Origin: Podarcis erhardii
Taxonomy: Eukaryota
Direction: 5' to 3' (one strand)
DNA: 64,000 nucleotides
Assembly: GCA_964252035.1 (NCBI GenBank)
Contig: OZ176201.1
Shown: positions 38,466-52,048 of the stretch, one piece after another
Numbering within the stretch: the first letter of the stretch is position 1
Layout: each line of letters opens with the position of its first letter
Program-made: the position numbers and the translations under genes
Notes under the pieces: model-generated
The model's database searches: none
What the model was told of the DNA's origin: nothing
What the model saw: only the letters and a program-made list of their open reading frames with translations

Positions 38466-39764
38466 TGTTACATTATTGTGTGGGGAAGAAGTGGATAAAA
38501 CACAACAACCATTTATCCATGTATTATGTAAATATCATCAAAAGATAGATGTTGCTTCAGTATGTTGAAATGATCATGAGGTTTGCTTTGCTGAAGAGGC
38601 TAGTACCAAATGAACTTTAAATTATATAAATGTTTTGAGATACTGGAAGAGCAATGGGCAAGTATGCATTTTTTATAATATTGTGCATTCCTCCTTTCCA
38701 GTTGCTCACAAGTGAATAATTGTTGTTTTCCTGTTGTTATAAATACGTATCTGCATTTCCCTGTGTTCTGTTCATAATGCACAGTGGAGGGCTCCCATTG
38801 TACACCCTGACACTGTGGTAAATTAAAATCACCATCAAAATGAACGACAAAGAGTTATATATTCAAAAAGAAATGTAAATAGTAAAAACATTCCCTCTTT
38901 GTCTTCAAGGCTGATACATTTAATGGGTTCTTTTCAAATGGTTCAGCGTTACAAAGAGCACACTACTGAGAAGGAACTGGATTTGAACCAGATGCTATCC
39001 CCCCCCCCTAAAAGGTGCTTCACAATCTATGATGTTCTTTCCTCTGTGTTCTTTCTAGGAATACAAATTAATTCTCCTTTGTTCAGGTGCCCACTTAATC
39101 TGATTGGTTTGGCAGACAAAGGAAGTGGAGGTGTTGCCATTTCTTCAAGATCCTTAGTGGGATTCTCAGCCTCAACTGGGAACAGGGACAAAAAGAGAGA
39201 GGCTCAAAGCCTTCCCTTGTGTAGAGCAACTGGATTTTCCCTTTCACATTCTCTCTTCTTCTCTGTTCTTTCACATAAAGATCAAGCATGTGTATCCGAA
39301 TGTTCATGAGGCCCAGTTCTTGATACATTGATTTAAACAGAGAGAGAAGCTTGGCAAGATACAATGTTGAAAAACAGGGTCAAAATCTGAAGTGACTTAC
39401 TGCTTCTATTTTTAAATAACTCAGTATACTTAAGTTCATGCGAGATAAGAAGTAAGATCCACATTTTCAGAAAACAACCTCCACTTGATCCACTTGGTGC
39501 TTAAAATGCATGCCATTTGGTCAGTTGTGGTTAAGAGTGCCATGGTATTCAGCATTTCACAGATGAAAACATGGACACTGATATGACCTGCTCCCATTCT
39601 CACACCAAGGATCACCGCCTATGGCAGCCCTCTCCTCCTTACTGAAGGCTTTCCCCCATCAACTATATTCTGTATTTATCTATCCCCTACAAGCTCCTGA
39701 AAGAGGTATTTTACTAACCCGGTCATAACACTTCCCCTTTACTATCAGAGTAGCAATTAGAAGG

Positions 39765-40106
39765 GGATGCGGGTGGCGCTGTGGGTTAAACCCCAGAGCC
39801 TAGGACTTGCCGATCAGGAGGTTGGCGGTTTGAATCCCCATGATAGGGTGAGCTCCCGTTGCTCGGTCCCTGCTCCTGCCAACCTAGCAGTTCGAAAGCA
39901 CGTCAAAGTGCAAGTAGATAAATAGGTACCGCTCCGGCGGGAAGGTAAATTGCATTTCTGTGCGCTGCTCTGGTTCGCCAGAAGCGGCTTAGTCATGCTG
40001 GCCACATGACCTGGAAGCTGTATGCCAATAAAGTGAGATGAGCGCCGCAACCCCAGAGTCGGTCACGACTGGACCTAATGGTCAGGGGTCCCTTTACCTT
40101 TACCTT
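39765..40106 (+). mobile_element. Near full-length Sauria SINE
   Basis: GGGATGCGGGTGGCGCTGTGGGTTAAACC...GTCAGGGGTCCCTTTACCTTTACCTT; 13-bp TSD AGC(A/C)ATTAGAAGG (39752-39764, 40107-40119). Confidence 0.93.
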
Positions 40107-43100
40107 AGCCATTAGAAGGAGAACAAGAGAATGGCAGTTCACATACTTTTAGACTCTACACACATAAGAATGAGGTGACTATGTTATTCTAAATCACTAT
40201 GTTACTCCAGGAAGTAGTTGGAATGTAGAATTTTCAAATGCCCTCCCCTACATAAACATTTGCTGCGAGAAAAGAACAAGCATACCAGCAAGAAAGTCTA
40301 CAGAGCCCAACTCTCTGCCTGCTATTCTTGTTTCTGCTTACAAGAAGCTTTTGGGTCGGATTCAGCATCACACATTGCAGTTTGCCAGAGAAAACAATTC
40401 CCCTTCTCCTCCCATGTACTGTTCTAGGGTTCTTTCAACCCCCCACAGAGCCAATTTGTTGTGCAAGTGGAAGCCTTCTCAGAGTGCTTGTGCTGACAGG
40501 AATCATTAGGTGAATCCCACCCTTTGTTTCTTTATTCTCAATTTTTTTAAAAAAAGGTAATCCCCACCCCCCCACCCTCTGAAGCGGTACTGGCCATCTT
40601 CCCACTTCATTCTGTTGCATGGGGCATCGTATATTCATTTCACCCTCTCCCCAGATGTAATTTCCCCAGATATGTGGCAAAGCAGGGCTGAAACCTGAGA
40701 AACTCTTAGTGCATGTATATGCACACCAATGACATTTTTAAAAGGTATCCCCAACATCTCCCCCAAAAGGCAAAATTGAGACAAAATGGATAAGGGGACT
40801 AGAGAGAGGTACCAGAAATTGAGGATCGTTGCAGGGCATGTTACACTAACATTTTGATAATTTGAGAAATAGTACAAATTACATTTGCACATGGTTGTTG
40901 ATTTGAAAAAAAGATCATGTATGCAATTACTGCCAACATGGCATAAGCATATAAAATGTGAAACTTGAGGGCTTTTTTACACAATATGGCTGTGAATGCC
41001 AAACCTTATCAGCAACACATTTTTTTCACAGCACAGGGACAAAAGTTCTTTGGGGTTGTGGATGTGTAAGAATTAGAACAAGTCAAGCAAGTTCACAGCA
41101 TGTTGTTTGAACTGCTGCCTTTATATAGCAGCTGTATCAGATGAAGCAGCCCTGAGGATGAGTTTGTAACCCATTCGTAGCAGCTGCTGATATTCTTTGA
41201 TGAATCTACCTTTGAATGGCCACTCTGAATTTTATCTCCATTGTTTCTGAGGCTACGCAAGGCCTACTGGATTCAAGGGCAAAACATTGGTGTTTTGGAA
41301 CTGTGTGTGCTTCATAGGATAATCCAATACACATAAATTCTAGTGGGTTGGATCCAGACTTAGTAACGGTTAAAGAAGACCTAGTGAAATGACTTAAGTT
41401 ATAATAACTAACCTGAACCATCTATTTCAATGGCTCTATGCTAAGTATGCAATCCACAACCCAACTAGGTAGTGGGGTTCTTAACAGCAGTGGGGCCACA
41501 TCAGCTGTCTTGCTGGTCATGCTGTAATGGAATTGGTATAACAGTTGGACCCAGTGTCGTCATGTGAAAGCAAGAACTAGCTTGGGTCAGCTTAGCTCCT
41601 TGTCCTACCTGCTGAGTTCAGTGAAGCTTACTTCTAGGGAAATGGATATGCAGTTAAAGTAGAGCTGAAGTATCAGAGTACCCATACTATAGCAGCTTAG
41701 GTATATTTCGGAAACAGACATTTGAAATGTGACATTTTGAATTTTATACATTTACTGACAATTTTTAAATGTTCAAGGGATAATATAATACTTTTTGGTT
41801 CCACCCCACCTCTCACTTGATTCTTTCCTGTCCATACTGTGACAGCATTTCACTGGATAACTGTGAGAATGCCATGGAGTCTGGCAGAAGCTGCATACCA
41901 GCAAGAGTGCTATCACACAGAAATGGCCCAGGCATTTTTAATATCGCGCACTGCTGCTGGATTTGCTGTTTCCAAAACACAGTATGGGGAAATTCTAACA
42001 TACCTCTTCCCATCTCAGTCATCCACATCCTAGACAGTTATTTCACAATGCAATTAGCTCCTCCAAGACATTATTCACCTTCCCCTACCTGTCCGAGAGA
42101 AGAGGCAGAGATTTTGCAACATGCAACGGCATGTTGTTGTCAGCCTTATTGAATTCCATAATGGATTGAGGGTGGTGGCCTTGAAAAGTATTTCAAAATC
42201 ATGTTTTTAAAAAAGGTTAAAATGGGTGTTTGGACCCAATGTCACTACAACATTGGGTTCAGCCATGGCCACCAACACTTACTGTGAGCCATTAATCTAC
42301 TCCAAGCTGGACTAGCACCTTACGCAGCATAGGAGTGCCACACAAACCCTTGCACAGCAAAGAAGCACCGTGCAGAGAGGCTTTCTTCAAGGTCGGGGAA
42401 AATTAGAGAGGATGGGGGGATGCTGTTAGTTCTGAGCCTCATCCTTAAGCCTTACTGAGTAGGCTGAACTGCACAAGGTGGTGCTCAGAATGGCAGCTGC
42501 TGCTGTGCAAGCTTTTATTGTACTACAAAGCACCAGGAGAGGGCTGTTAGTTCCTAAATCCTGTTTAGTGTACAAAAATTGTTTTCCTTATAAAACATCC
42601 ATCATTCTGCCTTCCCCATAACACTGAGTGCACTTGCAAGTGCGAGGATAAATCTAGTTCAGAAACCACTGGATGATTTGTCAACGGGTGCTTTTAAAAA
42701 AATAAATTGCACTATTTATTTTCTGCTTGAAATTCCCTAGTTGGTGGCTAAAGGAAATTCTCTGTTGATCCATATGGTGCATAATGAGTTTGTTGTAGTG
42801 CTTTGATGTGTGAATGCTTAGATATAACAGAAGGATAAGGGCACTTACTGACTGGGAAAGCTTTCCGCAAATGTTAAAAGGATGGCTTGTGTCAGACAAA
42901 TACAGATTGAATTGTAATGATTTTTCATTTAATAATGGCAACATCCACTTTCACAATTTGAGAGATAACATTAAAAAGGTAGAAATCTATCATTTCCTAG
43001 TTGTATCTTTTATGAATATATTCATCATTTACCTCTCAGAAAATACAATCTGATAGCTGCAGCAGTGGCTAATTAATTTTTCACTGCAATAGGTGTGCAA

Positions 43101-43852
43101 TGAGATTTTTTCTTCCAGATAATTAGTAAGTACTGTAGCCCTGCTCTGCTATTAGATTCACTCAGACAGTTATTCATCACAGGAACTCAAGGTCTGCAGT
43201 GAACTGTCACTACACTTATCTGGCTTAATAAAGATAGTTATATAACAGTTGCTTCCCTCTAGCTGATTGAATTTAATTTCCCAAGCCGCCACTGGCTTAT
43301 AATGCTGAGTGTCGATCTGCAAAAGTGTTTCTCCCCTCTCCTCTGTGCTTTTCTACTTGCATCTGTATTTGAGGGTTATTAGCACAAACCAGCTCAGAGT
43401 GATGGCTTGGACACCAGAGAGTCTAAAAGCCTCTAATAGCCATAATAATAGAGTTGGTTGAAGGATACTGGTTGCCTTGGCAACTGTGCACGTGCCATAC
43501 AAGATAATATAACTGCGCTGGTAGCGAAATATGCACTGCATTTCTATTCCAGGAGTTTTCTGCCATGTTGTGTTTTACACAGCATCCTAAATTTCTGAGC
43601 AGACAAATAATGTAGTTAGCTAAGTTAAGAGACTCCTTTTTACATAAACAAGAAGCCTTGTGTTGTTTTCGTGAGTCCACAATGTTTGCCAGTGTGGCGC
43701 ACAATCCAAAAGCTCACATCTGTGTCTGCTTGTGTGTCAGGAGAAGTTTCTTATTTTTCACCATAGCGTCCACACCTCAATCCATTAAACAAGGTGTTTT
43801 TAAAGCTCCCTAAATATTAGGCATGGGACTAAGAGAAATGGTGTTGTGTCAA

Positions 43853-43883
43853 GCGCGCGTGTGCACACACACACACACGTGTG
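43853..43883. repeat. 31-nt perfect alternating purine-pyrimidine tract (Z-DNA prone) containing CACGTG
   Basis: GCGCGCGTGTGCACACACACACACACGTGTG. Confidence 0.8.
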
Positions 43884-44582
43884 ACGTGCAATCTGTTTGT
43901 GCATGCAAACGAATTTGCTGGATTGTGGCCTCTAGATCTCAAAGATTCCTGTTAAAATTATATTCTGTATAGATCACAGCTTTGGCACAAAGTCACATAG
44001 ACAAATAAGAATGGTAAAATTCTTCATACACCAGAAATGGTAAAAAAATGTATTAAAAATCCTGTTTAAATAATAGCAATAATAAACACTCAGTGCCTTT
44101 TGAATGCTCAAATTGCATATTACAATAATCTTTGAAATATGACTCTATAAAAAGGGGTGCCAACTCTTTTCTGCCTGTGGGTACGTTTGCGTTCCAGAGA
44201 AATCGTCATGTTCCCCTGACGTGTTCTGCAAATCTCCTGTCTCCAGCTGTAACTCCATACACTTTGATTTGGCTTGGGAGAAAGTATTTTATTGGCTTCT
44301 TCTCTCAAGACTAATGTCAGTGGTGGGGACAGGACACTCAAGGAAAGGCCTCTGTGTGCAGTAATACATTGGTGCCGTGTGCTCTGTAAGGTAGTATTTA
44401 TTTGAAGATGATGGGAGAATTAAGGTAAAGAGATAGTGGCTTGCCGAAGGCAAAATTGTGAGTTTGTCGCTGAGATGAGTTTTGAAGTAGTTACTTCACA
44501 GCTCACTCTCTTAACCACATTACAACAACTCTGTTCACAGCCTTAAAAATGATATTAGATGCTACTTCACAACAACTCTATA

Positions 44583-44872
44583 AGACAGTTTAAAGACTGT
44601 GAGCTTAAAGACAGTGACTTGAAAGGCCGGAGGCTCACAGGTTCCCGCCAAACCCATCCATTCAAATAGACCAATCCGTGGCAGCTCCCCCCCGGGGGGG
44701 GGTGACAGAATTCGAATCTGGATCTCATTGCTGACATCCAAATCCAGCATTTCAGCGACTGTATAATTTGCTTGTTGGACATTTCTATCGATACCGAGAT
44801 AACAGAATTAAGAGACTGTATAGCTACAAGTGCCGTGTAGGTGATGTGATAGACTGAAGTTGGCATGTGCAT
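44583..44872. other. Unclassified CpG-containing insert with promoter-like motifs
   Basis: Flanked by the 8-bp direct repeat ACTCTATA (44575-44582, 44873-44880); TTCCCGCCAAA, GACCAATCC, C7G8 palindrome. Confidence 0.4.
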
Positions 44873-45344
44873 ACTCTATACCCCATTCAGATGCCTGGAT
44901 CAAACCCATACCTGAGGTATCTCAAGGAAAAATGATAGGCATATGTTTTAAACAAGTCAACTGAGTCTCTGAGGCTGCAGAGTTGGTGATAATGTAAGAG
45001 CAGAATTGGTGATTACCTAGTTCTTAGTTCACACTCTTACAGCCACAATGCTTTCATTCTGATGGTACGCTCTGATGGAGCACCTTTCCTTTTTAGAGCA
45101 ACATTACAGTCCCATCTCTGTAATCACTCTTCAGCCATCCTCACTACGGCGTATGGTGAATTACTACCATTCCAAAGGACCAACACAGCTGCCTTTCTGT
45201 ATGCACCAGTAGTTCCCTTCTGCTGTTCTTATTTCCATGTGGTTGATATGCTGATTATATTGTCCCCTTTTCCCTCAGGACTATATCATCATCACCATTA
45301 TCCTCCTCCTCCTCCTCCTCCTCATTATATGCATGCACTCTTCC

Positions 45345-45412
45345 TCTGTGTGTTGCATGGGGTTGGACTAGATGACCCTAAGGATCCATTCCAACCCTAC
45401 AATTCTATGATG
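45345..45412 (+). mobile_element. CR1-type tail fragment
   Basis: GGGGTTGGACTAGATGACCCTAAGGATCCATTCCAACCCTACAATTCTATGA. Confidence 0.7.
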
Positions 45413-45797
45413 GTTGCCATGGCACTCAGACTAAACTCTGCATGGAATATCTTTATCTATCATCCCATGAAACATATATGACTTATTTGGCACTACAGAA
45501 AGGATGACGTGCGTACACCAGCTAAGGCCTCATGGTTTTTGATGCAAACTGATTTGTATATGTATATATTATTTAAAAGCAGCCACCCTCCTTAGTTAGA
45601 GGCACATTTTCCATGCTTCCTTGGTGCTGCCCACATCTTCCATCCCTTCTCTAGAAGGAGAAATGTAGGGGAATTGCAGCGGTTTGGACTTCAGTAGAGA
45701 ATATGACTCTTTGTATCATTTCCAGAGGAATAGCAAAGTTTCATAATATGCTTGGTAACAGATTAAAAGCAACTGAGCATCGGTTTGGATCCTGACC

Positions 45798-45882
45798 AAG
45801 TTAGTTGAACTTAATTCCCATTAAAATCAAGTAATTGCTAAGTTGTCTCATGATTGCAGTGGGGACAGAGTTCAACTAACTT
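45798..45882. repeat. Inverted repeat, 14-bp perfect arms (MITE-like palindrome)
   Basis: AAGTTAGTTGAACT (45798-45811) / AGTTCAACTAACTT (45869-45882) with a partly self-complementary spacer. Confidence 0.75.
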
Positions 45883-47710
45883 AATTTATATTCAACCCAT
45901 TGGATTTATATATGGTTGCTGGCTGCAGATGCCAATTTTGGGGGTTTAGTCCCTGCACATGTTACTTGATTCTCAAACATTTGGTGAAGGATGTGCAAAA
46001 AAAGGCAATCTGTGAATCAGAAGGTGTATCTGCTTAGCTTCAAAATGTTGATAAATAGCAATGCCTCGCATGCTTTTCAAGTTCAGTTTTCAGATATATT
46101 TTATGCCATTTTTTAACTCTCAGATTAAGAAGAATTGGAAACAGCAACATGGAAAAATGGGCTGAGAATAAAACTTCACTGAGGGAGTGTCACAGCCTTA
46201 CAATGCGCTTGTTTATCCCCATTCTGTTCTGGGGTTCATGGTTTCCCAGGGCAGCCACTAGTTGAGCAGGAAGTAGGAAGTAGGCCACTGTCCAGTTCAC
46301 AGCATGCTTGACAATGCATTGCAAACCATGACGAGGGGGATAAAAGAAACACTAGCTGCTGCCAGTTCTCCAGAGGAGACAACTGCTTACTATTTTGAAG
46401 GTCTCTAACATACTTCTGGCATTTCAGAACCTGTGTTTCCATGTCAAAATCTGGAATGGAATTCATATATAAAGTATCAATCTAGCATTGGTATGTGTAT
46501 GTCTTGTTTGTGAGACATTTCCTGCTGAAGATGAACGCTTATGAAAGGAAAGATTTAGAAATGCTTGTTCCTAACATTGTTATCTTCAGTGATTACCTGC
46601 AGGTTCCTTTTACTCTAGTCATCAGCTGTGGGTAATTTGGAATGCCATTTTCATATTCCCAGTGAGTTCTGTTTTTCTTCAGCTTATTATCCTTCTTAAA
46701 TCATCTTGTTGCAATTCAGAAAAGCATCTGGTTAATTTAATGGCAATCCATAACTCCCTTATATTACAACTTCCTTTTGGCTGCCCTCTCTCTTGATATC
46801 ATTATTTTTTATTTATTTATTTTGCATCCTTGGAGAGGAGGGTGTGTTTCATTCTGGCTGATTAAAGCTAATTGGGGGAAAGAGTTGTAAGGTCTCCTTT
46901 CATTCAGAAACAAACTCATTTTCCATTTTAAAAAAAATCTTACTGAAGGAGCTGTTATTTGAGCCTGTGTGGTGCTGTATTACTTTTATGAGAATTTTAG
47001 TTTTCTTCAAGCTTCTATGGTGAATGGGACTATTGAATTTTTATCTTTTTTATTGTGGAATTTACAACCCTAAAATTAGGAGTGTCAAGCACCCTGCTAG
47101 GCATGCTCATCCCTTTGATGCCCTTACACAGGGTCCAGTTTTAACAGCCTGACAACTAAGCATATTATCTAGATATGTCCCACTAATTTTAACAGACAGT
47201 GCTACCACACCAATTCAGGCGCTTAATGTGGATCATGGTATAAACCACATTACAGAAAAATTGTGCCAGAATATAAGTGCTTAGGACTGAATGTGCCACT
47301 AGTGCCTTACCATAACCTGGCCTTCCATTTTCTGAATTTTTTCTTCCACTGTGAAAGAAACTTCTGTTTTTCTTCCTCATTCTTAGGGCATTTTAGAATT
47401 TATTTATAATTTCATTGGATTTGGAACTTACTTTCATCATGATGAGATGGCTGAGGGGGTGGTGTGTATGTTTTGCTTTCCATTAAAAATTTATCCAGTA
47501 CTGAGTTGCCTTCCTAGCTACCCATGCTTCCTCATCTGAAGAACCCCCATGGGAGGAGTAATGGCATGATGTCGTCTCCTAGGCTTTAGCTGAAGCACTG
47601 GACACCCTGGGAGGCTGCAGAATACACACCAGAGGTGTGGTTTGTAGAATGAAAGAAAGGACACAGATGGCCATTTATTTTAGCATGCCCTCTTTACTAT
47701 TCCACAGTAC

Positions 47711-48498
47711 TGTCTGACTCCATCAGTAACTTAGAGAACTACAAGGACAGAACCACTAGATAAAGACTGCTTATCCTTGATGACAGCAGCGGTTTCAGCC
47801 TGGCATGGCCTTGGGTGAGCTGGGAGGAGAGAAAGCCTCTTGTGCAATTGGCTGGCTGACGTTATCAGCCCTGGCCAGCCACGGGGAGTATGTGGCTTCC
47901 CTACCTTAAACTGGCCAATTAGAGGCCAGACAGCAGGATGGAAATTTGGAGACAGACCTGGGTAAACCTGTCTTCTTGGGTCCACCTCCAAAATTCAAAA
48001 GCAGGCTGTGCCACCTTCCTGCATTCCATCCACCACCCTGGTAGATATTTGGCCCTGCCTGAAGGTAAGCAAGCAGTGCATCCATATGACTTTACTGTGG
48101 AGTGAATCCATCGCTGTATTTGGGGCCAGGAAAGAATTTTATTTGCAGACCAATCAGGCCAGTCTGGGGTTTTTGCCTACCTTGCAGCAATTGTCACATC
48201 TTTTTGTCACAAAAAAAGATGGGTAGGAAGGGGTAGGAAGGAACCTTATTTCCCCTCTCCTGTGGATGAAAGCATCAGGGTACCCTAGTAAGGGAAAGGA
48301 TTCTGTCCACATGGCCAGATGGGGGTAATGGGCCATAGAATCCCAAAGTTGTCCTGGAAGGATCGTCCTTATCTGATGTGTGTCAAATGGGAAGCCCAAC
48401 TGGCTGGTTCAGATCAATAAAGGGGGAGGAAAAAAATCCAGAAGGGGTAGCAACCTGCACCCTATCAAACACAAATCCTCCTGAAGGGATTTGGGTCA
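47711..48498. mobile_element. Unclassified interspersed repeat block (LTR-like, or long CR1 3' UTR)
   Basis: GC-balanced block beginning TG and ending CA, but no TSD found; the 48110-48190 segment resembles, from memory, reptile CR1 3' UTR sequence. Confidence 0.3.
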
Positions 48499-49849
48499 TC
48501 TTTAAAATTTCATAGAGCTTTATCAAGCTTTATCAGCTCCCAGTGAAAGCTCTGGAATGGTCTGCCTAGCTCTGCCTCACTGAGATCCTAGTTCAAGTTT
48601 TCACACATTGCTCACTATGATGCTGGGGGAGTCTGTGAAATTTGAAGGGGCTTGCATGCTGTTGCTTGGGGGGGATTGGCATCCCACTTAACCCCCCACT
48701 TAACTTCAGCACCAAGCAGGCTCCTTGGATCTTTACCTTACGGGGAGAAACTCTTTTTCTCCTTCCGCCATAAGGAGATACACCTCCCATGAAAGAGAAA
48801 ATATGAAAGAGAAGGAGAGAACTTTCTGACCTTCTGTGCCATTTTTTCAAGAAGAGAAGGCATTTTATTTTTGAAAACCTCCATGCTGTGTGTGTTGTAG
48901 AGAGCGGTCTCTTCCTTTTCTCTTCATCTACCACTCCCCACGAGTGAGGCATCATCTTGTGAATGGAGGAAGAAAAAATAAACACTTCTTAGCTCACTTT
49001 TATTCTTTCCTGAAATGAGCTGGGGAAGAAATTTAGGGATTTTCTTTTTCAAATTTGTAGCCTTTCATCCTCAAAATAAATTTAAAAACTAGGCTGATTA
49101 TAGAGGGGGACCCTAAAAAGGCTGCCTCTTATCTAAAATAGGCACTTAAAAATTTTATTTTTGTTACTTTTTGTTGTCTAGGTATTTTGAACACCCTTAT
49201 TTGTTTATTTTACAAAGTGTTTACCAGTATCATACAGAACATTTTTATATGTGGCTAAACTACAACGGGTTCAAATGCAAGGGACAAATTAAGGAAATCA
49301 GCAAAAACAAGGTTTATAATTAGAAAATGGGGTACCTTGGAATTCTAAAACAATCTGTATCCCATGGGAGTAGGGCATATAATTTCTTGAGTTACCATTC
49401 TAAGATCAAAAATCCATTTTCCACAGGCTGTGATGACACTGACATATTGGCCCTGACCAGGACTTTTTTTTTCAACCAGAACTCACTGGTACTCAGTTCT
49501 GGCACCTCTCAGGTGGGCACCATTTCCATTCTAAGAGAACGAGGGAGTCATCACTACCTAGGACCATAATATTTGGCCGGTTTCAATTTGTACTTGAAAA
49601 ATTAATTGCCACAAAATGATTGAAACCTAACACAGTAAACCACAATTTCAGGAAAAGAAACCTATTCAGTAGAAAAGCATGTTAATATATAGTGGGCCAG
49701 CTGAAGGTATTCTTGGATGACGTAGACTATCTGAACCCATTTTAATCTGAGTCTAGGCATGACTGCCAAAGTCAATTATTGGCCTTGGTTGCCCTGATGG
49801 GTAGCCGTTACTGAGAGTGGGACAAGTGTGACTTTGCTCCTGCTTCTTA

Positions 49850-50940
49850 TCTCTCAGCTGCTTTTGACCATGGTATCCTCCTGCTCTATGGGATGGAAAT
49901 TGGGGGCCCTGTGCTAATACAGCTTCAGTCCTATCTACATGGCCAAATTCAGAGAGTAGCATTTGGAGAGTTATACTATGAGGTGCCTCAATGCACTTGT
50001 TGTATCCTCAGTGCTGTTTAATATCTATAAGAAGCCACTGGGAGCCATCATTAGGCGATTTGAGGCAAAGCACCAAGGGTATTACAGCACTCAGCTCTAT
50101 TACTGCATAGCATCTGCATCAGGTGAGGGCCTCCAAACCCTGGACTGTTGTCAGAATGAAGAGGTGGGAGGGATGAGGGAAAATAGGCTGAGCTTGAATC
50201 CAAGGAAGTCAGAGGGGTTGTGGGTGAGTACTTCCCATTTCTGAGAAATTGGACAGGATGAAGTTCTGGACAGGATGTGGTTTGGGGGTGCTTCAGGATC
50301 CAAATTTATCACTGATAGGAGACCATAAGCACAGCAGTGCGGGTACTAGTGACTTCCAAGATTGTCTGGAAACTGCAGTTGGTGCAGAAATTTTCAGCAT
50401 GGTTGTTGACAGGGATAAGATCCTGCCAGCACATAACACTGCTGTTTAAAGGTCTGCACTGGCTACCAATTCATCACTGGCCAAGTTCAAGGTGTTAGGG
50501 TTAGTACATAAAGCCTTTAGCATCTTGTGACCAGTTTACTTGCAGGATTGCCTTAGCCCATATATGCCCACTCAACCACTTTGTTTTATGGAACTTACAC
50601 TTTTGCAGGTGCCATGCAATGCACATTCTGCATTTGTAAGGATCCAGTATTTTACTGGGGCAGCTCCTACACTCTGGAACTCCCTGCCCATTGACATTAG
50701 GTAGGAGGTTTCACTGTATTCTTTTTCACATCTGCTAACACCTTTTCGTTGTTGTTGTTTAGGCAAGCCTACCCAGGCATATATGTTTGATATGTATTTT
50801 AATCTGTAATTTTAGCATACAATGCATGCATTTAATAGTTGGTTTTATTCATTTTGCTTTTTAAACCTTTTATATTCTTCCTAATCCACTTAGATGTTTT
50901 ATTTGCAGTTAAGGCACATACAAATTTTGTTAAATAAATG
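49850..50940 (+). mobile_element. Degenerate L2 LINE (RT through 3' tail)
   Basis: DHGILL; LFNIYKKPLGAIIRRF..STQLY; MRENRLSLNPRKSE; GLHWLPIH; APTLWNSLPIDIR; tail GTTAAATAAAT. Confidence 0.85.
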
Positions 50941-51419
50941 CTAGTTCACAACCCAAATTTCAGCTTAAAATGTTCACATGCCTTCTAAGGGCAGAGAGTC
51001 AAGCCTCAACTGCAAGAAAGTTCCAGAGGATTGAAGCCCTGATGGAAAAGTCTTTTCCCTGTGCTCCATCAAGCTTACATCATGGAAACATGAAATTCAA
51101 AGCCGCACCTCCTTGACTATCTAAAATGGGATCTGAGGTGTGTATCTAAAAGATACACTGTTCTTCAGGTGGGTGTAAGGCTTTGTAGGTAACAATCAGC
51201 ATAAAACAAACACATGTGATTATTAAAGTCACATATTTATGGGCTGTGAGCTCTTATTAGTATTTTGCCCTAGCTGTAACTTTTGGAGACTTGTCAAGAG
51301 CAGCCTAAAATACACTCCGTGTCCTGGTGAGCCAGGTGTTGCTAATTAAAGACATTACGTGTTCTTAGAATACAACAGCTAAGCTAGGCTGAAGCCAGGA
51401 GCACCCTCAGGTTAATAAT

Positions 51420-51870
51420 AATATTCTAATAATAATTTATACCCCACCCATCTGTCTGGGTTTCGCCAACCACTCTGGGCGGCTCCCAACAGAATATTTA
51501 AAAAGTGATAAAATATCAAACATTAAAAACTTCCCTAAACAGGGCTGCCTTCAGATGTCTTCTAAAAGTCAGATAGTTGTTTATTTCCTTGACATCTGAT
51601 GGGAGGGCATTCCACAGGGTGGGCGCCACTACTGAGAAGGCCCTCTGCCTGGTTCCCTGTAACTTGGCTTCTCGCAGTAAGGGAATCACCAGAAGGCCCT
51701 CGGTGCTGGATCTCAGTGTCCGGGCTGAACGATGGGGGTGGAGACGCTCCTTCAGGTATACTGGGCCAAGGCAATTTAGGGCTTTAAAGGTCAGCACAAA
51801 CACTTTGATTTATGCTGTGAAACATACCGGGAGCCAATGTAGGTCTTTCAGGACCAGTGTTATATGGTCT
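51420..51870 (-). mobile_element. Young L2 3' end with intact ORF2 C-terminus
   Basis: ORF 51516-51803: VLTFKALNCLGPVYLKERL...QRAFSVVAPTLWNALPSDVKEI...FRRHLKAALF. Confidence 0.92.
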
Positions 51871-52048
51871 TGGCAGCCTGTGCAAACCTGTGCCTTCTGG
51901 GAGAGTGTGATCCTGTGAAGAACATGCAAGATCGTCAAACGACTCACCATCACCACTCCTATCTGATATGGAAAGTTCATTTTCTCCTATTTGTCTAATA
52001 GCACCAACAGACTGCAGCCAAAGGTTGCTCTGAACAATTTAGGACTTA

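Noticed and set aside
49963-50244. 93-aa ORF with RT-like motifs
   Set aside because: Fragment of a dead L2 copy; the catalytic YADD motif is degraded.
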